DNA of 64,000 nt from an uncultured delta proteobacterium (GCA_963826785.1 CAWGYD010000001.1:704001-768000), one strand, 5' to 3'; counted from the first letter of the stretch, positions 31,901 through 41,579 are shown. The notes: a model not told the origin generated them from the sequence alone. Program-made: numbers and translations.

Positions 31901-32030
31901 CCGGCGTGGTGTCCGGAAAAGCATCCACCGGCAGGCGGGCCAGGGTCCATGCCCCGGCGGCCAGCGCCGCGCCAAAGGAGAGGATCACCAGCAGGCGATG
32001 ATGAAGGACAAACTCGAGCATCTTGTTCAT
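28938..32030 (-). CDS. czcA: CusA/CzcA family heavy-metal efflux RND permease
   Basis: LPVDAFPD, GAIDFGILVDGSVVMTE, EGKMFKPMA, GAEVQRPLATVV; AAAGGAG RBS. Confidence 0.93.
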   Translation of the reverse strand: MNKMLEFVLHHRLLVILSFGAALAAGAWTLARLPVDAFPDTTPVQVQINTIAPSLGPEEIEKQISIPVELAVSGLPGLTHVRSVSKFGLSQVVATFGDDIPILESRQLIMEQLAGVELPEGIARPELGPISTGLGEVFHYILSSDSPQRTLDELRTLHDWVVKPELRKVSGVAEINSWGGQEKQYHVIVSPDLLIKYGLSLNDVAKALKRNNTNVGGGQITTGGQTLLVHGLGRVTGIDDIAHVVITAHNGTPVRVEDVAEIAIGHELRRGAVTAQGKGEAVMGLGFMLMGENSRQVTGDLKKALDHVRRTLPPDVKIETVYDRTELVDQVIATVRHNLLAGALLVIAVLFVLIGNFRAGLLVAATIPMAILFAALGMQKLGIAASLLSLGAIDFGILVDGSVVMTEANLKRLTQSQLRLGRPLTKAERLGAILESSREVVRPIVYGMGIIVLVFLPVLTLEGVEGKMFKPMAWTFIFALAGSLLVAVCLSPVLSYYFLPKRPKLTERWVERGLKKLYGGLLERVLRHRKSFLAAVAVLVAAAAMAGIRLGGEFLPRLSEGSLVMSVVRLAGVSIDESVVSNTGMEKLLLDQFPDEIRHVWSRLGSAEVATDPMGTELTDIFITLNPRNQWRKADSQEALAARIQEKLGGLPGIRVALSQPIELRVNEMLSGIRTDVGIKIYGDDFDTLVSLGEQVEHLLGGVRGAADISVEQITGQPVLQVAVDREALARNGVDAAEVLDMVSAVGTPRVGDVYEGERSFPLVVRLPDQFRRNPAALGDILIPAENGALLPMKHMADLRRVDRPSTINREWGKRLIKVQVNVRDRDIASFVKEARDRISTDIALPEGYLIDWGGQFENLERSQQRLMLIVPLTLAAIFFLLFFSLGRLRDVLIIYTGIPLAAVGGIFALYFRGIPFSVSAAVGFIALSGIAVLNGQVLVSAIRNRMAEGAQIGDAVSAAARRRLIPVLATAVTDAAGFLPMAFSLGVGAEVQRPLATVVVGGVLTSTLLTLFVLPSLYVWIGNGRPEPE

Positions 32031-32043
32031 GGCCGCATCTCCT

Positions 32044-33447
32044 TTAGTGATCGGCGCAGGATGCGCCGAGGCGCGCCTTGAGCAATTCGGATTTAAGGGC
32101 AAATGCCTGGGCGGACACGACTTCCTCGGCAGGAGAAATTCCGTCGAGAACCGGGATCATTTCGCCGGATGCGCCCCCCTTTTCGATGCGCCGCAGTTCG
32201 AAAAGGTCATTTTCCATGCGCACGAAAAGATACGGGGCGCCGTCAATGTCCTGGACCGCGTCCGCCGGCACCGCGGCAACCGGTTTCTGCTTTTCATCGA
32301 TGAAACGGACCCGGCCGTACATGCCGGCCTTGAGCGCATGATCCGGATTGGGAATCTCGGCCAGGACCTTCAGGGTGCGGCTTTTTTCATCCAGCGCCGC
32401 ACCTGACTGGAAAATCCGGCCGGTGAACACCTGTCCCGGCAGACCGTCGAATTCGGCCTCCACCAGGCCTCCCGGGCGGGCCTGGTAGATCCGGGTTTCA
32501 GGGACAAAAACGGCGATCCAGAGGGGGTCCGGATCGGCGATGGTGAACAGGTGGGTCCCGGGGCCGACGAATTCGCCTGCCGCGATATTGGTTTCGGAAA
32601 GCAGCCCGGCAAAGGGGGCGCGCACCGGCAGCGCGGAGCGGCTCTTGCCGTCCCGCAGGAAATCATCGATGTCGCCCGAAGACAGCCCCATGTCCATAAG
32701 CTGGCTGCGGTACTGATCCGCCGCGCTCCGGGCGGACCGGTATTCGGCTTCGGCAGCCAGGTATTCCTGGCGGGAAGTAATCCCTCGGCCCAGAAGATCC
32801 TTTTCCCGCTGGTAGGCTTCCTCGGTCTGGGACTGGCGGGCCAGGGCCGCAAGGAGGCTTGCCGAAAGGGCGCTTACCTCCGGGGTGGCGATCTCCGCCA
32901 GGAGGTCCCCCTTGGCGGCGCGTTGTCCAGGCGTCATGAACACCCGCTGTACCGTACCCTGGGCCCGGGGGGTGATCCGCGCCAGGCGGGAGCGATTGAA
33001 TTCGGTCCGGCCGGGCAGGGGCGCCCCGACGGGCAGCAGAACCATGTTTGGCCTGGAAACTGAAATTCCGGCTTTTTCCCCGGCATCCGGGGACGACAGG
33101 CGGATCTTCAACCCCTGCCCCGGCTCAAGCCGGGAAACCGCGTCGGGGTGGCACAGCGCGTCTTCGTCTTCTAAGAGCCGGTGCTCCGTGCAGAATTCGC
33201 CGTGCGCCCCGGCATCGGCATCCGTATCAGCATCAGCATTTTTGTTTTGTCCGGCAGCCGAAATTTCCCCGTGCCCGTGGGCATCGGGTTTATCTGCGCA
33301 CGACCCCTCGGTTTCGGATGCGGTATCGGTTATGGACAGCGCACTTCCGGTTCTGTCGGGGATCGGATTAAATCCCAACACATTGAACAAGACGCCCGAT
33401 CCCACTGCCAGCAGGATCCAGCCGATGATGGATATGGCTCTTTTCAT
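32044..33447 (-). CDS. czcB: RND efflux periplasmic adaptor (CzcB-like) with His/Cys-rich N-terminal region
   Basis: VRAPFAG, LFTIAD, LKAGMYG; position between OMF and RND genes. Confidence 0.9.
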   Translation of the reverse strand: MKRAISIIGWILLAVGSGVLFNVLGFNPIPDRTGSALSITDTASETEGSCADKPDAHGHGEISAAGQNKNADADTDADAGAHGEFCTEHRLLEDEDALCHPDAVSRLEPGQGLKIRLSSPDAGEKAGISVSRPNMVLLPVGAPLPGRTEFNRSRLARITPRAQGTVQRVFMTPGQRAAKGDLLAEIATPEVSALSASLLAALARQSQTEEAYQREKDLLGRGITSRQEYLAAEAEYRSARSAADQYRSQLMDMGLSSGDIDDFLRDGKSRSALPVRAPFAGLLSETNIAAGEFVGPGTHLFTIADPDPLWIAVFVPETRIYQARPGGLVEAEFDGLPGQVFTGRIFQSGAALDEKSRTLKVLAEIPNPDHALKAGMYGRVRFIDEKQKPVAAVPADAVQDIDGAPYLFVRMENDLFELRRIEKGGASGEMIPVLDGISPAEEVVSAQAFALKSELLKARLGASCADH

Positions 33448-34769
33448 GATTTTTTTCCTTTCGGGTCATATTGGCCCAGGACGTTTTCCATCCGGGCATA
33501 CAGCTGGTGATAGGCGGTGAGCACGTCGATGTATCGGCTTTTGGCCCCAAACAGCGACTGTTGCGCGGTAAGTACTTCCAGATATCCGAATTTGCCGGAG
33601 CGGTACCCGTAGCTGACCGCATCAAATGCGCTCATTTCGGCCGGAAGGATTTCATCACGCAGGGTGGCGGCTTCCAGGGCCAGGGCCTCCAATCGGTGAA
33701 ATTGCGCAGACAACAGGGTGTGCACTTCCTGCCGGATGCGGCGTTCGTCTTCCCGCGCCCTGTCGAGCCGGGACCGGGCCGAGTCGACGGCCCCCTGGTT
33801 ACGATTAAACAGGGGCAGGGGAATGGAAATTCCGGCCATTGCGGCATTATCCCCGGTTTCACGGAAATTTTTGATCCCCAGGCTGACGGTAAGATCCGGA
33901 ATGCGGCCGGCCCGGGCCAGTTCAAGTGCTTGTTTTGCAGCAGAAGCGCCGCTTGCCGCGGACTGGGATGCCGGAGTCGTTTTGATCCGCTGCGCAAGTT
34001 GTCCCCATTGCGGCAGGACCGGCAGGGTGTTGAGTTCTCCTGTGACCGAGGCGAAATCGGGCGGCGCATCCCCAAAGCTCAGGGCCAGGGCCGTGCGGGC
34101 CGCGGCCAGTTCCTGAAGGGTGCTTTCCCGGCGGATGCGGCTGTCGGCGAGAAGACTTTTGAATCGGACGGCCTCGACCGCCGGGGATTTTCCCGAATCG
34201 ATGCGCTGCTTGACCGTATCCAGGATGCTTATATCCAGGTCGATCTGTTCTTCTGCCAGGGCCAGTCTTTCCTGGGCCGATAAGACCGCGTAAAACCGTT
34301 CCACCGTGCGGGAAAGGACCTCGTTTTTGAGAACGGCCCATTCTTTTTGAGCGCTCAGGTGATTTTTCTCCCCCAGCTTGCGGCGCAGTTCCCGCTTTTT
34401 TCCCAGTTCGATCCGCTGGCTGAGCAGGAGAGCGGATTCGGCGTTGTCGAGGCCTGAAAAGTCGCCGCTTCCCGCGAAATTTTCCATCTCCAGGGATAGT
34501 TCGGGGTTGATGCGCAGGCCGGCCTGGCGGCTTTCGGCTTCCATCGCCTTGACTTCGTGCGCAAAAGCGGCCAGTTCGGCATTGCCGGAAAGGGTCCGGG
34601 AAATGGCCTCCGCCTTCGTGAGCGGGCTTTCGACCGGCTCCGGCAAGGCGGATGGAATGGGTGCTGCCGGGTCCATATTGCCGGCGCTGCCGGCGAATGC
34701 GGCGCCGCCGACGAGCAGCAGCAGGCCGCACGCGATCACGGACCCGGCGGTAATCAGGGCATTGTGCAT
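33444..34769 (-). CDS. czcC: TolC family outer-membrane efflux protein (CzcC-like)
   Basis: NPELSL, SQRIELGKKR, SIPLPLFNRNQG, GYRSGKFGYLEVL; GGAGG RBS. Confidence 0.92.
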   Translation of the reverse strand: MHNALITAGSVIACGLLLLVGGAAFAGSAGNMDPAAPIPSALPEPVESPLTKAEAISRTLSGNAELAAFAHEVKAMEAESRQAGLRINPELSLEMENFAGSGDFSGLDNAESALLLSQRIELGKKRELRRKLGEKNHLSAQKEWAVLKNEVLSRTVERFYAVLSAQERLALAEEQIDLDISILDTVKQRIDSGKSPAVEAVRFKSLLADSRIRRESTLQELAAARTALALSFGDAPPDFASVTGELNTLPVLPQWGQLAQRIKTTPASQSAASGASAAKQALELARAGRIPDLTVSLGIKNFRETGDNAAMAGISIPLPLFNRNQGAVDSARSRLDRAREDERRIRQEVHTLLSAQFHRLEALALEAATLRDEILPAEMSAFDAVSYGYRSGKFGYLEVLTAQQSLFGAKSRYIDVLTAYHQLYARMENVLGQYDPKGKKS

Positions 34770-35001
34770 GGTTGTCCCTCCAGGTGCCTGAACGAAAAGG
34801 CGTCTTTGGGGTCCAATACGGGCGTTTTAGGACTCTTCCTCCGCAAGACAGCTGCGGCTGCGCCTGGGGTCGGAAAAATTCCTGCGGCCCGGCTTTGACC
34901 TAAAAAGCCGTGCATGTCGTTTAGGCACGATTTAGAAATTTGAAAAAACGGGGTTGTTCGGGAAATGGAATTCAGGCGTCAGCGCCTGATAAAGGATGTG
35001 A

Positions 35002-35438
35002 TCAAATCAGGAGGATAGTGGTTTGCAGGGCGCAAAAAGTGTCGGAATACAGCGGGTGAGGGGTATCGGCGGCGGCGAAATTTTTCAGATTTACCGCCAC
35101 ATCCGGAAAAAGCGGGCCTTGTATCCATGTGAACAGGAAATAATGGCCGGTAAAATGGTCCTGGAAGCGTCCGCTGTTGGAAACGGATTCAGAGATAGGG
35201 GAAAGTTCAGGCATCCGTTTGAGGGGCTTCCGGTGGAGAAGCGGTCGGCGGCCTGGACCGTTTCAATCTGTTCCCGGGTTTCCGGGCAGGCGGCCAGGCA
35301 TCTGCTTGAGCAGTCGGAAACAGAATAGCCGGTTGTGCCGGTGCAGCAGAACACGGTCTGGGCCCATGACTGCACGGCAAGAACGGCAATGAGCAGCGCG
35401 ATAGAAACCACGCCGGATGGTGATGAGTTTTGCTTCAT
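35002..35438 (-). CDS. Cys-rich exported small protein upstream of czcCBA, apparently split across two frames
   Basis: Signal-like N-terminus, FCC, CSSRCLAAC, GCLNFPLS in the frame ending at 35091; the -1 frame ends ...ALQTTILLI at 35002. Confidence 0.5.
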
Positions 35439-35510
35439 GGCTGTGTACGGTAATCGAAGGTTCAAGCGAATTCAAGTGAAAAAGGATATCACCCCTGCAG
35501 TTTGTTGCAT

Positions 35511-36740
35511 TTAATCTTCTTTTCCGCCGATAATCGTCTGTTTCTTTTCCTCCAGGTTCAGGTAAATCGCCATTGCCGCGCCGGACAGGATCAGCACACC
35601 GGTGACGCCCACCCCGGCGGAGAACCTTCCGGCATCTCCCATCATGCCGATCAGGGCGGGGATCATTCCGCCGCCGAACATAAATGCCAGCGGAACCGTG
35701 AAGGATACGGCAATATTGCGCATTTCCGCGGGCACGATGGAGGAAAGGGCGGTAAAGCCGGCGGGGAAAAAGAGAGTGGACAGGAATGCCTGCAGAAAGA
35801 CCATTAAAACAGCGAAAGAATCGGAGTTCGCGGCTCCCAGAAGGATAGTGGCCGCACCGGAGAGCAAAAACGCATATCCAATGGTCCGCTTTGCCCCGAA
35901 CCGGTCGGTGGCCAGGCCGCCGGCCAGGGCGGTAAGCAGGCCTGTAGCCCGTGAAAACGCGATGATCAGGTTGGCGGTCCGGCGGCTCATCCCGATATCC
36001 TCCACCAGAAACAGGGGGAGCATGGAATAAATTCCCATATTGGCGCTGATGGCCAGCCCGAACAGGGCCACCATGATCCAGAAGGCCTTTCTGGCGGCAA
36101 GCTGCTTGAAAAACAGAAAATGGGGCGGCTTGCCCAAAAATTCGCCTCCACGGCCGAATCGGGCAAACAACAGTCCCATGGCGATGGACACCATGCCGAT
36201 TATGGCCATAATGTGGCGCCAGGGCATGAACGCCAGCAGAATTTCGGAAACCAGCGGTGCGGCCATATAGGCCATGTTGGGGGCGATTTCATGGAGGGCC
36301 AGGGCCTTTCCCCAGTTCCGGGGGTGGGTCATGGAGGTCAGCGAGGCAATGCCCGAGGGCAGATAGATGCCGGCGGATAAGCCCAGCAGAATTACCGCGG
36401 CCGACAGCTGGAGGTAAGATCGGCACCAAGCGATGGCGCAGAGGGATACGCCCACCATGATGACGGAGACGACCACGGTGCTGCGGTGGGACACACGGGC
36501 GGACACGAATCCCGAACCGGTCAGGGCGATGAAATACCCGATGGAAATGCACAGAAACAGCGAGCCGGCCTGGCTGTGGGACAGCCTGAGATCGGATTCG
36601 ACAGACGGCATGAGCGGAGAGAGGATGACCCGGGCGATGAAGGTCAGGAAGAAAATGGCCGCAAGAAAAAGGATCGGCGTCAGCTGAGCGCGGCTGTAGA
36701 AAGGCATGTCGGGCATTTCGGGCGGATGATGATCGGTCAT
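35511..36740 (-). CDS. MFS transporter
   Basis: About 12 TM; GGLATDRFGAKR motif. Confidence 0.9.
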   Translation of the reverse strand: MTDHHPPEMPDMPFYSRAQLTPILFLAAIFFLTFIARVILSPLMPSVESDLRLSHSQAGSLFLCISIGYFIALTGSGFVSARVSHRSTVVVSVIMVGVSLCAIAWCRSYLQLSAAVILLGLSAGIYLPSGIASLTSMTHPRNWGKALALHEIAPNMAYMAAPLVSEILLAFMPWRHIMAIIGMVSIAMGLLFARFGRGGEFLGKPPHFLFFKQLAARKAFWIMVALFGLAISANMGIYSMLPLFLVEDIGMSRRTANLIIAFSRATGLLTALAGGLATDRFGAKRTIGYAFLLSGAATILLGAANSDSFAVLMVFLQAFLSTLFFPAGFTALSSIVPAEMRNIAVSFTVPLAFMFGGGMIPALIGMMGDAGRFSAGVGVTGVLILSGAAMAIYLNLEEKKQTIIGGKED

Positions 36741-36951
36741 GCAAAGCACCTGTTTTTTCCGGATTTTGACGGAGGCATCCTGTTTATGATAACCTTTCTG
36801 AAACGATTTTTCATAAAAAGACACGCCGCTTGCCCGGCAACGGCCGAAGGTATATCATTTCGCCCATGATCACAAGGGTTTTGATATTTAAGGCCTTTTG
36901 CGGATTTATCCGGTCGCGGCAACATTATACTTTTTTTGCGCAGGAGAACCC

Positions 36952-39480
36952 ATGAAGCGGCTCCAATTGTATACAAACGTACTGATTTTTGCCATTAGCG
37001 CACTGGTGCTGTCCGGATGCAGTTCCTTTCTTGATTTTGCATTGAGGGATACGGTCCCCCCGGACTCCGGCTCGGCTTCACTTACCGGGCTGGAAGCAGA
37101 GGTCGTGGTCCGGCGCGATGAACTGGGGATTCCGGTCATCGAGGCGAAAAATGATCATGATCTGGCTTTTGCCGCCGGCTATGTGATGGCGTCGGACCGG
37201 CTGGCCCAGATGGTCTCCTACTCGCTGCTGGGCCAGGGCCGGCTGTCGGAGATGGTGGGGGAATTCGGCCTGGACATGGACGTTTATATCCGAACACTGG
37301 GCCTGCCCGGGGCGGCGAAAAAAGAGTTTGAAGCACTGGATGCGGACATGGCCGCCCTGCTGGAGGCATTTTCAAGCGGGGTAAACGCCTACCTTGCATC
37401 CCACCGGGACCGGCTCCCCCTGGAATTTGGCCTCACCGGCTATACCCCGGAACCCTGGCAGCCGGTGAATTCATTTTACATCGCCTATCTCCTCAATCTG
37501 GGCCTGTCCATGAATTTCCGGGAGGAGGCCGCCTACCTGGGGCTGGCCAGAAAAGTCGGTGCGGTCAAGGCCGCCTGGCTGGTCCCGGTGTATCCGGATG
37601 AACCCCTTCCGTTTGAAAAGGCATCCGTGCTGGCAGACCTTGATTTGAAGGACATGGGTGAATCGGTCAAAAACCTTTCGGAAGTCTGCGCCAAAATGGA
37701 GAAGATCATCATGCCCGCGGGGGTTTGCGCTTCCAATAACTGGGGGATCATGCCCGATCGTACGGCAAAAGGGGGGAGCATCATCGCCAATGACACCCAC
37801 CTTCCCCTGATGCAGCCGCCCATCTGGATGCTGATGCATCTTCGATCCCCGTCCCTCGATGCCGCGGGAGTCGCCATGCCCGGCGTTCCCGGGATCGTGG
37901 CCGGATACAACGGGCGCCTGGCCTGGGGGGAGACCATTGTCATGGGAGACAGCCAGGACGTGTTCATCGAGAAATTAAGGCAGTCCGGCGGAAAAACCTT
38001 CTACCTGTATGAAGGAAACTGGCTTCCCGTCCAGACCCGGCGGGAAGTGTTTCTGGTCAAGGGGAAGGACCCGGTGGAGAAAACCATCTTATCCACCCGC
38101 CATGGTCCTCTGGTCAATGATGTGATTAAAAAGCGCCCCAAGCACTTCGCGTTTCCCCCCCAGGTGGAGCTGCCCTATGGGATCGCTCTCCAGACGGGCC
38201 TGGACCGGACCGGCCAGTCGGTTGCCGCCATGTTTCACCTGGCCCGGGCCAAAGACATGAAGGAAGCCCGCGACCTGATGATGCAGGTTGACTTGATGGC
38301 GTTGAATTTTGTCTACGGGGACAAGGATCATGTGGCCTGGCAGGTGAGCGGGACCTATCCGCTGCGCAGGTCCGGCAGGGGGCATCTCCCGTCGCCGGGA
38401 TGGAGCGGTGAATACGACTGGACCGGATTTCTGGACGCCGAAAGGCTCCCCCACGTTTCCGATCCCGAATCCGGGTTCGTGTATACGGCCAATAACCGGG
38501 TGATCCCGCCGGATGCGGACATCATTTTGAGTTCATCCTGGTATTCCCCGGAACGATCCCAGCGAATCCATGAACTCCTGGTATCTAAAGACCCCCACAC
38601 CTGGATTTCGTCGGTGGAAATGCAAAATGACCGGCATGACCTGTTTGTCCGGAAGGTCAAAGAAGTCCTGTTCAATTCGGATCTTCACGAAAAAATCACC
38701 GAAGCCATCGCCGGGCTGCCGGATGCGAAACAGCGGCGCCAGGCAAAAGAAGCCCTGGATATGATCTTTACCTTCGACGGGAACATGGAGGCTGATTCGT
38801 CAAAGGCCGCGGTGATGGGAATCTTCCGGCAGGTGTTTATTAAAAACACCTTTTTGGACGAACTGGGGCCGGAGGACTCAAATGCGTGGGACAGCTTCAT
38901 TTCCCTGATTCAGGCATTCTATCCGGCGGACCAGGATCACCTGCTGGGAAGACCGGACAGCCCGTTCTGGGATGATGTGAACACAGCACCCATCGAGACC
39001 AAGGCGGACATCATCGCCGCATCGCTGGCCGACACCATCTGTTTTGCCGTCCGCGAAATGGGGCCGGACCGCTCCACATGGCGATGGGGGAGGCTCCACC
39101 AGTACCGCTGGGAAACCGCTTCCTCCCAGGCAAAGCCGTTTCTGGCCTTCTGGCAGCGCCCGGCCGTGTCGCTTCTGGGCCTGTATACCGACCGGGGGCC
39201 GTATCCCGCCGGCGGCGATTACAACACCTTGAATGTGGCGGGGTATTTCAGGGGGCAGAATTTCAATGTGTGGCTGGTTCCGGCCATGCGGATGGTGGTC
39301 GATTTCGCCCTGGAGGAGCCGATGTTCATCATCAACAGCGGGGGGCAGTCGGGAAACCCGGCCAGTCCGCATTATGATGACGGCATCCGCGTGTGGCGGG
39401 AAGGGGGGATGCGGTCCATGCCGTTTGACCCGGAGCGGATCAAGGCCGGTTATCCCCGGGTCTTTTACCTGATGCCGTGA
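36952..39480 (+). CDS. Penicillin acylase family Ntn-hydrolase (AHL acylase/QuiP-like), predicted lipoprotein
   Basis: LSGC lipobox, RRDELGIP, DRLAQM, ASNNW nucleophile, ANDTHL, TRHGP, TANN, GQSGNPASPHYDD. Confidence 0.92.
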   Translation: MKRLQLYTNVLIFAISALVLSGCSSFLDFALRDTVPPDSGSASLTGLEAEVVVRRDELGIPVIEAKNDHDLAFAAGYVMASDRLAQMVSYSLLGQGRLSEMVGEFGLDMDVYIRTLGLPGAAKKEFEALDADMAALLEAFSSGVNAYLASHRDRLPLEFGLTGYTPEPWQPVNSFYIAYLLNLGLSMNFREEAAYLGLARKVGAVKAAWLVPVYPDEPLPFEKASVLADLDLKDMGESVKNLSEVCAKMEKIIMPAGVCASNNWGIMPDRTAKGGSIIANDTHLPLMQPPIWMLMHLRSPSLDAAGVAMPGVPGIVAGYNGRLAWGETIVMGDSQDVFIEKLRQSGGKTFYLYEGNWLPVQTRREVFLVKGKDPVEKTILSTRHGPLVNDVIKKRPKHFAFPPQVELPYGIALQTGLDRTGQSVAAMFHLARAKDMKEARDLMMQVDLMALNFVYGDKDHVAWQVSGTYPLRRSGRGHLPSPGWSGEYDWTGFLDAERLPHVSDPESGFVYTANNRVIPPDADIILSSSWYSPERSQRIHELLVSKDPHTWISSVEMQNDRHDLFVRKVKEVLFNSDLHEKITEAIAGLPDAKQRRQAKEALDMIFTFDGNMEADSSKAAVMGIFRQVFIKNTFLDELGPEDSNAWDSFISLIQAFYPADQDHLLGRPDSPFWDDVNTAPIETKADIIAASLADTICFAVREMGPDRSTWRWGRLHQYRWETASSQAKPFLAFWQRPAVSLLGLYTDRGPYPAGGDYNTLNVAGYFRGQNFNVWLVPAMRMVVDFALEEPMFIINSGGQSGNPASPHYDDGIRVWREGGMRSMPFDPERIKAGYPRVFYLMP

Positions 39481-39639
39481 AAGGGCAAAAATCGGATTTT
39501 TATGGTCTGATCGATGGGCATGCCCCGAAAATGCGCGCAGGTAAAGCAGCGGTATCGCAGGCCACGGGTTTTTTAAATGGCATTTGGCCTCAAAATTGAC
39601 TATATCTCGATGAAATCAATAAAATCAGGAAAATGTTAC

Positions 39640-40656
39640 ATGGCACAAAACAAGCAAGAATTATCCCTGAAAGGTGCGGGAGTCGAGCGGATCGACGGCA
39701 AAACGGTCGAGATCTGCTGGGAGCCGCCGGAAGCAGCTCCCGAAATTCATGTGAGGGCAAAAAGTCCGGCTGAATCTGCGCAGCGCGTTATTTCGGCAGA
39801 TGAATCGAATGCCGGCTGTATCCGCATTTCCGGTCTGGATCCGGTGGTCCGGTATTTCTTTGAGATCCGGGAGGAAAACGGCCCTTCTTTTCTGGCGGCC
39901 GAGCGGCGGATCTGCATGGATGGTGCGGTGAATTTCAGGGATCTGGGCGGATACCCCGCAGAAGACGGCCGGCGGGTGAAATGGGGCCGGATATTTCGTT
40001 CCGACGGCCTGGCGAGATTGAGCGATCGCGATCACCTGCGGTTTGAACAGATGGGGATCCGCCATGTTTTTGATTTCAGGACCATTTCCGAGGCCGAGAA
40101 TTCACCGGATCGCCTGCCGGATAACGGCATCCGGCGGATTCACCTGCCGGTGATCCATGGGGAATTTGATTTCGTGGTGGCCATGGAGCGGTTGAAAAAA
40201 GGGGATGCCAGCTGGCTGACCCCCGATTTCATGGTGAACGGGTACATCAACAACCTGGAGGAATATGCCGGCGTCTGGGGTGATGTCATCAACCACATGG
40301 CAAACGGGGATCGCCGGCCCATCCTGTTTCACTGTACCGGCGGCAAGGACCGCACCGGAACCTGCGCCGCACTGATCCTGCTGATGCTGGGGGTGGACCG
40401 GGAAACCGTGATCGCGGATCATCAGCTGTCCAATGTTTACATCGCGGACCTGCTGCCCAAGATTCACGAAATGATCGCAGCCTACGGGGTCGATCCGGAC
40501 ATTTTATTCCCGTATCTGACTGCGCCGAGGGAATGTATCGACGCCGTCCTCGATTATATCGAAAAAAATTATGGGACCCCCTCGGACTACCTGGCCGAGA
40601 AGGCGGGGGTGGATCGGCCCACACAGAAACGATTGAAAGAAGATCTGCTCGGTTAA
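39640..40656 (+). CDS. Tyrosine-protein phosphatase family protein (PtpB/IphP-like)
   Basis: NFRDLGGY, IFRSD, DFR, HCTGGKDRTG. Confidence 0.92.
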   Translation: MAQNKQELSLKGAGVERIDGKTVEICWEPPEAAPEIHVRAKSPAESAQRVISADESNAGCIRISGLDPVVRYFFEIREENGPSFLAAERRICMDGAVNFRDLGGYPAEDGRRVKWGRIFRSDGLARLSDRDHLRFEQMGIRHVFDFRTISEAENSPDRLPDNGIRRIHLPVIHGEFDFVVAMERLKKGDASWLTPDFMVNGYINNLEEYAGVWGDVINHMANGDRRPILFHCTGGKDRTGTCAALILLMLGVDRETVIADHQLSNVYIADLLPKIHEMIAAYGVDPDILFPYLTAPRECIDAVLDYIEKNYGTPSDYLAEKAGVDRPTQKRLKEDLLG

Positions 40657-40691
40657 TTTGAGGGCAACCCGAGGCGTGTTTCGGTTGTTGC

Positions 40692-41258
40692 TTACTCGGT
40701 GACCTCCTTGATAACCACGTCATCCAGCCAGACCGTGCCGTTGGTGAACAGGAAATCAAGGGTGATGACATCTGCGTTGGGGGGGGCGGTCCCGGTCAGG
40801 ACCAGGTTCTTCCATTCCGTTTCCCCCTTCATGGTAAACATCAGGTCGACTACGGGGACCGGTACGAGGCGGTCCGGACGAAAATTGAAGCGGATGGCCG
40901 GGGCGATGAAATTGGGGCTGTATCCCAGGTTTTTCGCTTTCACCCAGACGCTGACCTGGTAAGTTTTGCCGGGCTTGATGTTGCCGATAAAATGTTCCGG
41001 GTACAGCAGGAAACTGCCGCCCGGTGCGTTCAGCTTTATCCGGTAGGAATAGTCGCCCGAATGCTTCTCCGCATTATCGAATCCGAACTCCGCGGATGTT
41101 CCCCGGTACTGCTTGATTTCCCACCCTTCCGGAATATTGTCCGTCTTTTTCTTTTCAAATCCGCCATTGTATAAGAGATTATCCGTTTGAGGCAACGCCG
41201 GGGCGGCGCAAAAGAGCAGGCAGAAAAACAGGATGGCAACCGATAGCAGTCTTTTCAT
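40692..41258 (-). CDS. Secreted carbohydrate-binding-domain (CBM4/9-like) protein
   Basis: Signal peptide; NLLYNGGFE, PEGW, IKPGKTYQVSVWVK, GTVWLDDV. Confidence 0.8.
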   Translation of the reverse strand: MKRLLSVAILFFCLLFCAAPALPQTDNLLYNGGFEKKKTDNIPEGWEIKQYRGTSAEFGFDNAEKHSGDYSYRIKLNAPGGSFLLYPEHFIGNIKPGKTYQVSVWVKAKNLGYSPNFIAPAIRFNFRPDRLVPVPVVDLMFTMKGETEWKNLVLTGTAPPNADVITLDFLFTNGTVWLDDVVIKEVTE

Positions 41259-41508
41259 CGACTCCCCCTTTCATCAGAAGAACCAGGTGGACGTGACCTT
41301 CCATCTCTTTGAAATCGCTATGGACGGGCACTAACAAAATTCAACTTATATGAGCGAACAGGGTTAGGCAAGAAAAATTATTTCAGGCGGGTAAAAAAAT
41401 ATGCTTTATTATCAGCTGTTAAAAATTGGAAGCGGAAACCGGGGCGCGTCAATCCACTATCGCCGAGAATCTGCCCCGATTTTTTGCAACTGCGGCATGC
41501 GGTCAGGC

Positions 41509-41579
41509 TGATAATTTCTGATAATTTGTATTGACACATGAGGCTTTATTATGTTTGATAATTGATGATAATTATTAAG
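41509..41579 (+). promoter_or_regulatory. Sigma70-like promoter with four TGATAATT repeats
   Basis: TTGACA at 41531-41536; TGATAATT at 41509, 41519, 41556 and 41566. Confidence 0.55.
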
